A stretch of DNA of 64,000 bases from Bacillota bacterium (GTDB lineage: Bacteria > Bacillota > Clostridia > Acetivibrionales > DTU013): the NCBI GenBank assembly GCA_023399355.1, contig JAEWQC010000006.1:8422-72421 (forward strand), written 5' to 3'. The translations under genes and the position numbers were made by a program. Positions 55,650-64,000 of this stretch are shown here, in pieces. The notes beneath the pieces were generated by a model. The model was given only the letters and a program-made list of their open reading frames with translations, did no database searches and was not told the origin of the DNA. How positions within the stretch are numbered: position 1 is the first letter of the stretch; each line of letters starts with the position of its first letter.

Positions 55650-56264
55650 ATGAATTGTTTTATATGCATATCCGGACTTGATGGCTCGGGTAAAACGACA
55701 CAATGCAAACTATTGTGTGAGTATCTATTGCAAGAAGATCCGATATATTATATTTTTGGAAACATAGAAGATAACAAGTACGTAAATAGAGCAACGATAA
55801 ACTACTTGAAAAAAACGAATTTGTTTTTAAACAATACGCAGAAACATCTTATCAAGTCGGCATTTCACATGTATTTTGACATTGAGCAGCTTACTCATAA
55901 TAAGTTCTATCATGACAGAATCGTAATTATGGACAGATATGTGGAAACGATATATGCACATGCCCAATTATATGGTTTAGAGCCGGAAATTATTAGTGAT
56001 ATCTTTAAAGATATATATATCAGACCTGATTTTTATTTATTTCTGGATCTTGACCCCGAAATATGTTACAAAAGGGTATTACAGAGAGGGAAAGCGGTCA
56101 GTACACATGAAGAATTATTCAATTTGATTGAACTGCATGAATTATATAAAAGTACAGTTAAGGAATTAGGTATAAAACTAATTGATGCGGACAGAACTCC
56201 TTCTGAAATACATCAAAGCATTGTTTCACATCTAAAGTTAAATAACACTGGAGAACTACGATAA
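55650..56264 (+). CDS. thymidylate-kinase-like P-loop (d)NMP kinase family protein
   Basis: 204 aa. ISGLDGSGKTTQCKLL (P-loop as in dTMP kinase), MDRYVETIYAHAQ (DRY-type motif) and a lid-like QRGKAVSTHE. Confidence 0.6.
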   Translation: MNCFICISGLDGSGKTTQCKLLCEYLLQEDPIYYIFGNIEDNKYVNRATINYLKKTNLFLNNTQKHLIKSAFHMYFDIEQLTHNKFYHDRIVIMDRYVETIYAHAQLYGLEPEIISDIFKDIYIRPDFYLFLDLDPEICYKRVLQRGKAVSTHEELFNLIELHELYKSTVKELGIKLIDADRTPSEIHQSIVSHLKLNNTGELR

Positions 56265-56376
56265 TACGGTGCTGTATCTGGTCAAACCGAATGCTATTTT
56301 CCGCCGTGCAAACTGCCCACTCGTTTTATCATTGTATAGAAATCAATGAAAATATACCATAATTTGGAGGGTAACT

Positions 56377-56613
56377 ATGTTGGAGAAAAGGATTCTGGAA
56401 ACAATAAAAGATAATCTTGAAATTAAAGTCGACCGCGATTTGGTGCCTGAAGACAATATTGAAGACTTGGGCATTGATTCCATAACCTTCATGGATGTTA
56501 TTGTCGGCTTGGAAGATGAATTCAACATTGAAATAGATGACGATAGACTTTTCTTTCCAAAAGGGAAAAAGCTGGAGTATATTATTAAAATGATAATGGA
56601 TACCATGGCTTAG
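56377..56613 (+). CDS. discrete acyl/peptidyl carrier protein 1
   Basis: 78 aa; GGAGGG RBS. LGIDSITFMDVIVGLEDEF (DSI phosphopantetheine site). Confidence 0.8.
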   Translation: MLEKRILETIKDNLEIKVDRDLVPEDNIEDLGIDSITFMDVIVGLEDEFNIEIDDDRLFFPKGKKLEYIIKMIMDTMA

Positions 56614-56805
56614 GCCATAGTATTGTTAGATGGCCGGCTATTATTGCCAGTACATTCTCTGCAAATACTATTTTATGGAGATGATTCTTATGAAAACCAA
56701 CTAAAAAGGGTCTGCTCGTCATAGTTTCGACTGAAGATGTGAGATACTGTGAAAACATGAATAAATCAGAGAAATTCCAAGGCTATTTAAGGAGGTAAAT
56801 AATTC

Positions 56806-57828
56806 ATGATGAAATATAGATTGGATGAGAGTAAGTTAAGGTATCAGAATTCAGAAACAATTGATAGATTTAAATATATGTTGCAACGGCTGGAACCCGA
56901 AATACTTGAATTCCTGAAGACCATACCATATGCCCTAATTAATGGTGAGGCACTGTCAGTCATGGCATACGGGGATATCGGTTATCGTACATCCATGGAT
57001 TACGATTTTTTAGTTTCGATCAAGCATTCTAAAGAGATTAAAAGTGCTTTCTTTGAGCACGGCTATGTTGAGTTTTTATATGATAAAAACGGAAACGCAA
57101 GAAAGCCAACCCGCAAAGAACAGATCATGCTTATCAATGCAAATCGCTTAACCGCATTTGAAAAGTTAACAGAGGATGGGATAAAACTTTCTTTTGATTT
57201 TAATACCGGCATTTTTTGGAGTGAATATAGAGGAAAACAAATTGATATTGAAGAGTTTGTGTCAGATGCTGAAGAAGTTCAGATCCATGGCGTCAAATTG
57301 AAAATGTTAACTGACATAAAGTGCTTTATTCAAACTTGTTTGCATCACTACATATTGATGAATTCACCTTTTCATTTGTTTGAGCCTAGAAAACTTGTGA
57401 TGACTGAATGTTGGTTTCAAGACATTTATTATCTTTATAAATCTCAGATCCATAAAAAAACGCATATGTTAGAGACTTTTATAAATGAATATGAGCTTCA
57501 AGATGAATTCTTTTATGTGCTGTATTATACCAGTGTTGTTTTCCAGGACAACGAGCTGTATAATTTTGCACAAATATTCAGAACCGAATCGGGTATGGAA
57601 AAGTTGAATCAATTTGGCCTCAGCGACAGTGAAAGAAAAACCTGGCCAATTTCATTTGAAGAAAGAATGAATCATCCCCAACTATTTAAGGTACTCAAAC
57701 CATTAATGAACGATAGAGAACTTGAAAAAATCATAAAGAATTCAACAAGGACAACTTATCGTATGGAGATGTCGACTGATTACACTTATGATCCCTACTT
57801 TTATGAAAAATCGCGGAAAGTGAAATGA
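56806..57828 (+). CDS. nucleotidyltransferase-family protein (NTP_transf_5-like)
   Basis: 340 aa; AGGAGG RBS. LINGEALSVMAYGDIGYRTSMDYDFLVSIKHSKEIKSAFFEHGY fits the G..L......R...D.D.LV pattern of the uncharacterised nucleotidyltransferase family. Confidence 0.5.
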   Translation: MMKYRLDESKLRYQNSETIDRFKYMLQRLEPEILEFLKTIPYALINGEALSVMAYGDIGYRTSMDYDFLVSIKHSKEIKSAFFEHGYVEFLYDKNGNARKPTRKEQIMLINANRLTAFEKLTEDGIKLSFDFNTGIFWSEYRGKQIDIEEFVSDAEEVQIHGVKLKMLTDIKCFIQTCLHHYILMNSPFHLFEPRKLVMTECWFQDIYYLYKSQIHKKTHMLETFINEYELQDEFFYVLYYTSVVFQDNELYNFAQIFRTESGMEKLNQFGLSDSERKTWPISFEERMNHPQLFKVLKPLMNDRELEKIIKNSTRTTYRMEMSTDYTYDPYFYEKSRKVK

Positions 57829-57950
57829 ATACTATAATTTCCGTTGAAGAAATTGATATTTTATAGTCTTTTAGAGGCGGGCAGGTTTTCCTGAAATGAG
57901 ATAAATGGCGGTCGGCACAAAAAATTACAATATATTAAAGGGGATGTATT

Positions 57951-58217
57951 ATGATTAATCAAAACAACAGTAAAATAAAAAGTATACTAAAAAACTACAT
58001 AATGGAAGATATTTTGTTAGGAGACCGGAGTTTTGAGATCAACGATGATACTGCATTGATTAATGATAACATCATTGATTCTATCAATCTGATGAAATTG
58101 ATTTCCTTTATAGAGAAGAAGATGAATATTACCTATAGCCACGACGATTATTCTGTTGATAATTTTAACACCATTAATGACATCGTTGAATTAATAAATA
58201 AAAAATGTGAGGAGTAA
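57951..58217 (+). CDS. discrete carrier protein 2
   Basis: 88 aa. NIIDSINLMKLISFIEKKM (DS site). Confidence 0.75.
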   Translation: MINQNNSKIKSILKNYIMEDILLGDRSFEINDDTALINDNIIDSINLMKLISFIEKKMNITYSHDDYSVDNFNTINDIVELINKKCEE

Positions 58218-58222
58218 CGGTC

Positions 58223-58483
58223 ATGGAAAGAAAAGTTATAGGAGATACCATACTTTGTCTTATTAAAGAAGAACTGGAAATCAGCACCAGCCAAAAGGTT
58301 GAATTAACATCGAAATTATTAAGCATAGGAATAGACTCGATAGCAATGATGACATTGTTAGTCTTTATCGAAGAAAAGTTTAATTTTGCGGTAGATGAAG
58401 ATGTGCTGATTTCCAATCGTTTTGTAACAGTAAACGAAATTGTTGATTATGTTGAAGAAAAAACCAATAAGAACATTGCATGA
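58223..58483 (+). CDS. discrete carrier protein 3
   Basis: 86 aa; starts 5 nt after carrier protein 2. LSIGIDSIAMMTLLVFIEEKF. Confidence 0.75.
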   Translation: MERKVIGDTILCLIKEELEISTSQKVELTSKLLSIGIDSIAMMTLLVFIEEKFNFAVDEDVLISNRFVTVNEIVDYVEEKTNKNIA

Positions 58484-58531
58484 ACTAGGATGAAAGAATG
58501 ATATCGGTATCACACATATAGGAGAAATAAC

Positions 58532-59647
58532 GTGGACTTTAGTTTTGACAATGAATCTGTTGAATTGGCTGAACATACAAAGCAATTCATTATAAATGAA
58601 ATCAATCCTATACTGATAAATTGCAAAACATCTTTCTCTCCAAAAGCATGGAATGCGTGTTGTGACTTTGGATTGACGGGCATTACTTTTGATGCTTCAT
58701 ATGGAGGATTAGGAGTTGGCCCTGTCACAGCAGTGCTTTTGGTGGAGACATTGGGAAGACATTGTAATGACAATGGGTTCGTATTTGCATTAACAAATCA
58801 TGTTTTTGCTGCGGGAATCAGTATATATCTTTTTGGAAGACCGTCAATAAAGAGAAAATACATGGAAGGATTAATCAGTGGACAAGCAATAGGCGCTTAT
58901 GCAATTACCGAAGAAGTATCAGGATCAGACGCATTCAATATGAAAACAACGTATAGAAAAGTTGGAAGCGAATACATACTAAACGGATTCAAAACTTTTA
59001 TAACAAACGGTCCGATTGCTTCTACATTCATTGTATTCGCAAAATCTGAAGACGAAAATAAAATATCTGCATTTATTCTTGATAAAAATAATGACAAACT
59101 TAACGTCGGCATGCCTTTGAAAAAATTAGGCCTTGCATGTGCACCAATGTCTGAGATAAAAATGAAAGACTATAATATAGGTGAAGACCATATATTAGGG
59201 AAAGAAGGAGACGGAAAGTTAATATTCAACCATGTGATCCAATGGGAAAGATGTTATAACATGGCAGCTTGTTTGGGAATAATGAAAAAGAACCTTGAGG
59301 TATCCATTAGAAGGGTACTTGATAAAAAACTTGGTAAACATCAAAGCATAAGCAACAAGATCGCAGATATGAAAATAGCGATAGAACTCAGTGAATTATC
59401 TTTATATAAAAGTGCATGGTTATTAGAGAATAAAAAGTCATGCTATCTTGAATCTGCTATAGCCAAATATTACACAAGTCAAAACTACATACAAGCATGT
59501 TTGGATTTGCTTAATATTCACGGGGCGTATGGATATATTGAAGAAACAAAAATAGGTTCTGAAATAAATGACGCACTTGCATCCAGCATTTATTCCGGTA
59601 CAAATGATATATTAAAAAACATCATAGCCAGATATTGTAATATATAA
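58532..59647 (+). CDS. acyl-CoA (acyl-carrier-protein) dehydrogenase-family flavoenzyme
   Basis: 371 aa; GTG start after AGGAGA. GAYAITEEVSGSDAF, FITNGPIAS, and a C-terminal YGYIEE...DALASSIYSGTNDILKNIIAR. This is the typical ACAD three-domain layout. Confidence 0.85.
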   Translation: MDFSFDNESVELAEHTKQFIINEINPILINCKTSFSPKAWNACCDFGLTGITFDASYGGLGVGPVTAVLLVETLGRHCNDNGFVFALTNHVFAAGISIYLFGRPSIKRKYMEGLISGQAIGAYAITEEVSGSDAFNMKTTYRKVGSEYILNGFKTFITNGPIASTFIVFAKSEDENKISAFILDKNNDKLNVGMPLKKLGLACAPMSEIKMKDYNIGEDHILGKEGDGKLIFNHVIQWERCYNMAACLGIMKKNLEVSIRRVLDKKLGKHQSISNKIADMKIAIELSELSLYKSAWLLENKKSCYLESAIAKYYTSQNYIQACLDLLNIHGAYGYIEETKIGSEINDALASSIYSGTNDILKNIIARYCNI

Positions 59648-59660
59648 AAGAAGGGTATTT

Positions 59661-62600
59661 ATGATTTGTTACTATGATATGTCAGAACAGCAAAAACAAT
59701 TATATGTAGCACAAAATATAGCAGGAAACAACAATTTATATACGCTCTCTTTTACGATGACCTTTGAAGGTAACCTGGATTGCCCTTGTTTATATAAATC
59801 AATACAAAAAGTATTTGATTATAATGAAATATTAAAAAGCCGGATTGTAGACTGCGGAGATGTCGCCAAACTAACAATTGATTGCGGTGATGTAAAAATT
59901 GAATATGTTGAAAATTCTTCTGCAGATATCAATGATTATATCGCATCGGAAAATATCGACTTAAAATCAGATGCACTATATAAAATCAAACTAATAAAAA
60001 TAATGAATGATCTGCATATACTTTATTTTTCATTCCATCATATTATAATAGACGGAGACTCAATAAAACTTTTCTGCGACTCACTTAGAAAGACTTATAA
60101 TGAAGAATTAAATACAGTAAAGCAAGCAGTTAAAAACCCTCAGTTAAGTCAAAATAAAAGCTTAAGTTATTTCGATTATATATTCTACCAAGATATTTTT
60201 AGAAAAAGCAGCTTTTACCGTCAACAAAAAGAATATTTTCAAGATCAATTCAAAGATCAATATAATTTCCTTGACTTTCCGGGTATACAGGCTGAAATAC
60301 ACAATTTATATGATTCGGACTCTGAAAGTCTTTTATTTGATTTCAATACTTTTGTTGAGATGCAAAAGTATGCATTGGCAAATAAGATTCAGATAAATTC
60401 TCTATTTTTATCTGGATTAGCATTGCTGTTAAGCAGTTATTGCGACACTGACGATATTGCAATTGGTTGTATTTCAAATGGAAGAGAGAACAATATCTTA
60501 TTTAAAAATATTATTGGTTTCTTCTCCAATATAATGGCACTGCGGTTAAAGCTTGAGCCTGAAATGAATTTCAAAGACTTTATATCATATGTGAATGAAA
60601 AGATAAAAGAAGGCTTAATAAATCAGGACTATTCTTATGGTGAAATAGTGCGGGACATGAACGCATACGGAAACAGGAGCAATAAATCACTAATTCAAGT
60701 TATTTTTAACATGCAGAAATCCTATGACATAAAAAATCAATGGGACAGTATTCATAAAGTTAGTTTTAAACTTAATGAAAAAGATAAGATTAACTATGAC
60801 CTGATAATAGATATAAAATATAGTAACGAAGAAGTTATTATTAAAATAGAGTATTCGAACAAAATATTTTCAAGTTCATTAATAAAAAGGCTTGTCAAGA
60901 ATTATCAATATGTCCTGGAAAACATTTTAAAGAATCTTAATTGCCCTCTTGTTGGTGTGCCATGTGTCAATACCAGTGAACAAGAGCTTGTTTTAAAGAG
61001 CTTTAATAATACGTTTGAAGTAATAAAATATAAAAATATTTTTGATATATTCTTTGAATCTATGAATAACAATCTCGATAAGCTGGCCATTATAGATGAG
61101 GATATGCAATTTACCTATGGTGAAATAAAAAAATACATAAACAGCTTTGTTTCTGTTTTATTAAAGAATAAGACAGAAAAAGAAATTATCGCTTTATTAT
61201 TGGACCGCTCTTCTTTATATGTTATCAGCTTATTAAGTGTTTTAAGTGTCAATGCAGCCTTTGTACCCATTGATCCAAGCATACCGGAAGAAAATAAAAT
61301 AAGCATTTTGAAGGACTGCTCTGTTAAAAGGATCATCACTTCAAAATCTTATAAAGATATGGCGGAAAATTTAAAAAATGAAATAAAAGAAACCTTAATT
61401 GTATATGCGGATGATATAGATGTTCATGAAGTCGATTACAAAATGCCCATAATCGCACCTCGCGATTTAGCGTATGTAATATTCACATCCGGTACTACAG
61501 GCACCCCAAAAGGGGCGATGATAAATCATGAGAACCTTGTAAATCTTTTTTTGCTATTTAAGAAGTTTTTTAATATCAGCAATGAAAACAGAATCATACA
61601 ATTTGCCAATATCTCATTTGATGCTTCAATATGGGAAATATTTATGGCGTTATACCATGGGGCTACACTTTATATTCCTCCCAAAACCGTTATTTTAGAC
61701 ACACATGATTTTTGCAAGTATATCGACACATATCAAATCGATACAATGACTCTGCCCCCGGTATATGCAAGACAATTAGAAAATTATAAATTGAAATCAA
61801 TAAAAAAATTAATTGTAGCCGGATCTGTTTCTTTTCATGAAGATTATATTCAATGGAAAGATAAAGTTAATTTTTATAACGCTTATGGATTGACAGAAAC
61901 TACCATATGCGTAACTGTCTATAATGGAAATGATGGAACTTGTAAAAGTTATAAAAACGAGCTCTCGGTTGGCAAACCTGCTCCTAACACTAAATTATTC
62001 ATTTTGGATAAATGGAATAGAATCACGCCAATGGGAGTTACGGGGGAATTATATGTTTCAGGTAAATGTTTAAGCAATGGATATATTAACAATGAGTTTT
62101 TAACTGAAGAAAAGTTTCTTTCGAATAAATATTCTGATAACAGTAAAATGTACAGAACCGGCGATCTGGCTCTGTGGTTAGAAGATGGAAGCATTATCAT
62201 TACAGGCAGAAATGATGAACAAATAAAAATAAAAGGTATACGAATTGAATTGCCGGCTATCGAGAGTGTCTATTTAAGACATGAGAAAATTAATCAGTTT
62301 GCGGTTGTAGCATCAAAAAGAAACAACGATTACATGATAAAAGCATTCTATACTGCAGAGGACAAACTAGATGAAGAAGATTTGAGAAATTATGGGAATC
62401 AAAAATTACCCGGATATATGATCCCTCACCAGTTTATAAGATTAGAAAAGCTACCGATTTCCAATAGCGGAAAGATAGATAAAAAACATCTTCTAAGTGT
62501 AGATACAACTCAAAAACATCTTGATGGAAAAAACGTTGGCAACAAAATATGCGAATCGGTAACAGATAAGATTTATACCATTGTATCAGGCTTGACAGAA

Positions 62601-62783
62601 CACGACATTGATTTTGATGATAATTTTTTTGAAATGGGACTGGATTCATATTTGTTGATGTTTCTTAGAAATGAAATACTGGAAATTTTCAATGTTGATA
62701 TTCGAATCGTAGAATTATTTAAATACACAACAATAAATTCTCTAGGTGAATATTTGGCAAATCTTTTACAGATAACCGTCTGA
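59661..62783 (+). CDS. NRPS module C-A-T (A-domain code identical to GrsA Phe)
   Basis: 1040 aa. C domain HHIIIDGDS. A domain FTSGTTGTPKGA, FDASIWE, NAYGLTETT, YRTGDL, GRNDEQIKIKGIRIELPAIE and SNSGKIDKK. T domain FFEMGLDSYLLM. Confidence 0.9.
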   Translation: MICYYDMSEQQKQLYVAQNIAGNNNLYTLSFTMTFEGNLDCPCLYKSIQKVFDYNEILKSRIVDCGDVAKLTIDCGDVKIEYVENSSADINDYIASENIDLKSDALYKIKLIKIMNDLHILYFSFHHIIIDGDSIKLFCDSLRKTYNEELNTVKQAVKNPQLSQNKSLSYFDYIFYQDIFRKSSFYRQQKEYFQDQFKDQYNFLDFPGIQAEIHNLYDSDSESLLFDFNTFVEMQKYALANKIQINSLFLSGLALLLSSYCDTDDIAIGCISNGRENNILFKNIIGFFSNIMALRLKLEPEMNFKDFISYVNEKIKEGLINQDYSYGEIVRDMNAYGNRSNKSLIQVIFNMQKSYDIKNQWDSIHKVSFKLNEKDKINYDLIIDIKYSNEEVIIKIEYSNKIFSSSLIKRLVKNYQYVLENILKNLNCPLVGVPCVNTSEQELVLKSFNNTFEVIKYKNIFDIFFESMNNNLDKLAIIDEDMQFTYGEIKKYINSFVSVLLKNKTEKEIIALLLDRSSLYVISLLSVLSVNAAFVPIDPSIPEENKISILKDCSVKRIITSKSYKDMAENLKNEIKETLIVYADDIDVHEVDYKMPIIAPRDLAYVIFTSGTTGTPKGAMINHENLVNLFLLFKKFFNISNENRIIQFANISFDASIWEIFMALYHGATLYIPPKTVILDTHDFCKYIDTYQIDTMTLPPVYARQLENYKLKSIKKLIVAGSVSFHEDYIQWKDKVNFYNAYGLTETTICVTVYNGNDGTCKSYKNELSVGKPAPNTKLFILDKWNRITPMGVTGELYVSGKCLSNGYINNEFLTEEKFLSNKYSDNSKMYRTGDLALWLEDGSIIITGRNDEQIKIKGIRIELPAIESVYLRHEKINQFAVVASKRNNDYMIKAFYTAEDKLDEEDLRNYGNQKLPGYMIPHQFIRLEKLPISNSGKIDKKHLLSVDTTQKHLDGKNVGNKICESVTDKIYTIVSGLTEHDIDFDDNFFEMGLDSYLLMFLRNEILEIFNVDIRIVELFKYTTINSLGEYLANLLQITV

Positions 62784-62802
62784 CGGATATAAGGAGTATA
62801 AT

Positions 62803-64000
62803 ATGTACTCATATAAAGATACAGATATTGCGGTAATAGGATTGGCCGGCAGATTTCCAGGTGCGGCAGATATAGGTGAGTATTGGACTAATTTAAAAAA
62901 TGGCGTTGAATCCATATGCTTTTTTTCAGACGAAGAATTACTTGAAAATGGGATCTCTAAGGATTTATTACATAATGAAAATTATGTGAAAGCAAAAGGT
63001 TATTTGGAAAATACAGATTATTTTGATTCTCAATTCTTTCGTTATTCATTAAAAGAAGCCGGTTTAATGAATCCTCAGACAAGACTCTTTCATGAATATG
63101 TATACGCAGCACTTGAAGATGCGGGATATTCAAAAAATAATCAGGATAACAAAATCGGTTTATTTGCCGGAGCCTCTTGTGATGATACATGGAGAAAACA
63201 TTTAGGCCTTCAGGATAACGGGAATACAGCGTCTCAATTTAATAGTGAACTGCTGGTAAATAAAGATTTCATGTGCTCAAGCGTGGCATATAGGTTAGGA
63301 CTAAAGGGACCATGTTACATAATTAATACAGCCTGCTCAACATCCTTGACTGCTGTTCATATAGCTTGTCAATCAATTTTAAACAATGAGTGTGAAATGG
63401 CGGTCGCGGGAGGCGTATCCATAACTTTTCCACAAAAGAACGGATATATTTTTGAAGAAGGAATGCTAAACTCTCCGGATGGGCATTGTTGCTCATTTGA
63501 TAAAGATTCTAAAGGAACAATAGCAGGAAATGGTGTTGGAGTAATCGTAATCAAAAAATTAAGCAAAGCAATAGAAGATAAGGACACCATATACGCAATC
63601 ATTAAGGCTTCGGCAGTAAATAATGACGGGAACAATAAGCTTAATTTTACAGCGCCTAGCTTTTTGGGTATAGAGTCTGTAGTTAGGGAAGCATATAAAA
63701 AAGCAGAGATAGATCTCAAAAACGTTAAATATATTGAAATGCATGGTACCGGCACTCCTTTGGGCGATGCGGTTGAGATAGCAGCTTTAAAATCTGTTTT
63801 TGACGGAAAAGGCATCAATGAGTGCATCATTGGTTCAGTAAAAGCAAATATAGGTCATTTAGATGCTGCAGCAGGGATTGCCGGCTTTATAAAAACTGTT
63901 TTGGTGCTTTATTATAAGCAAATACCACCGGCAATTAACTTTAACTCACCCAATGATGAACTGATTGCAGAAAATGGGATATTTTCCGTAAATACCAGCT
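62803..64000 (+). CDS. polyketide synthase, N-terminal ketosynthase domain (runs off the right edge)
   Basis: Not in the ORF track because it has no stop in the window. ATG 62803 follows AAGGAG. My translation reads MYSYKDTDIAVIGLAGRFPGA...INTACSTSLTAVHIACQS...EMHGTGTPLGD...KANIGHLDAAAG, so the Cys-His-His triad is intact. Confidence 0.9.
   Translation, partial: MYSYKDTDIAVIGLAGRFPGAADIGEYWTNLKNGVESICFFSDEELLENGISKDLLHNENYVKAKGYLENTDYFDSQFFRYSLKEAGLMNPQTRLFHEYVYAALEDAGYSKNNQDNKIGLFAGASCDDTWRKHLGLQDNGNTASQFNSELLVNKDFMCSSVAYRLGLKGPCYIINTACSTSLTAVHIACQSILNNECEMAVAGGVSITFPQKNGYIFEEGMLNSPDGHCCSFDKDSKGTIAGNGVGVIVIKKLSKAIEDKDTIYAIIKASAVNNDGNNKLNFTAPSFLGIESVVREAYKKAEIDLKNVKYIEMHGTGTPLGDAVEIAALKSVFDGKGINECIIGSVKANIGHLDAAAGIAGFIKTVLVLYYKQIPPAINFNSPNDELIAENGIFSVNTS

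Noticed and set aside
50442-59647. Proline-to-pyrrole logic (PltF/PltL/PltE-type A + carrier + ACAD) as the role of the free A domain, carriers and dehydrogenase.
   Set aside because: The hand-derived A-domain code DVWHISLIDK matches the Ser code and not the Pro code (DVQLIAHVVK), so the aminomalonyl-type hypothesis is preferred. It remains to be tested.
1-64000. rRNA and tRNA genes, prophage structural genes, and recognisable defence systems (restriction-modification, toxin-antitoxin, Cas, abortive infection).
   Set aside because: I found none when reading both strands. The only mobile-element traces are the decayed tnpA and the RhuM-like fragments at 47.4-48.7 kb.

Overview
The 64-kb window has almost all genes on the + strand and looks like a Clostridia-type Firmicute chromosome (ptb-buk pair, SLH cell-wall anchoring, etfB-etfA order, LoaP). 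I saw no rRNA, tRNA or CRISPR array. All family names are by-eye motif recognition; no database search was possible.

Block 1 (1-23.7 kb, about 50% GC in spot counts) holds catabolic clusters:
- a divergent TetR gene;
- an ACP-like protein, a CocE/NonD hydrolase, a phosphate acyltransferase and butyrate kinase;
- a three-gene Fe-S/flavin electron-input module plus an FAD reductase and an FMN flavoprotein;
- an aldo-keto reductase plus a small-subunit / TIM-barrel / Gfo-Idh-MocA trio that resembles C-glycoside deglycosylation genes, then SnoaL-like, cupin and SDR genes;
- a beta-keto-acid-cleavage (BKACE) module: acetoacetate-CoA ligase, 3-hydroxyacyl dehydrogenase, cyclase-family hydrolase, BKACE, thiolase and an MFS transporter.

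Block 2 (24.1-47.4 kb) runs, in order:
- a candidate c-di-GMP-I riboswitch with a terminator;
- a 7TMR-DISM hybrid histidine kinase carrying two different kinase cores;
- a REC-SARP/BTAD response regulator;
- an 11-bp-phased direct repeat next to a TATAAT box;
- one uninterrupted 18,267-nt ORF for a 6,088-aa SLH-anchored surface protein. It contains three RCC1 propeller clusters, 16 copies of an unassigned ~125-aa repeat, Asp-box, Ig-like, PKD and CARDB domains.

Block 3 (47.4-64 kb) drops abruptly to about 27-28% GC in spot counts. It is bounded by a decayed IS200/IS605 tnpA and a decayed RhuM-like gene. A perfect consensus promoter and a ~500-nt leader with a duplicated hairpin precede a LoaP-type NusG paralog. 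Behind it lies a hybrid NRPS/PKS biosynthetic cluster: a free A domain with a Ser-like code, a free AT, a dedicated EtfBA pair, a hydrolase, a dTMP-kinase-like protein, three free carrier proteins, a nucleotidyltransferase, an acyl-CoA dehydrogenase, a C-A-T module whose code is identical to the GrsA Phe code, and a KS that runs off the right edge.

The two most interesting candidate systems are the riboswitch / two-component / giant-adhesin unit and the LoaP-led, ETF-containing NRPS-PKS island.
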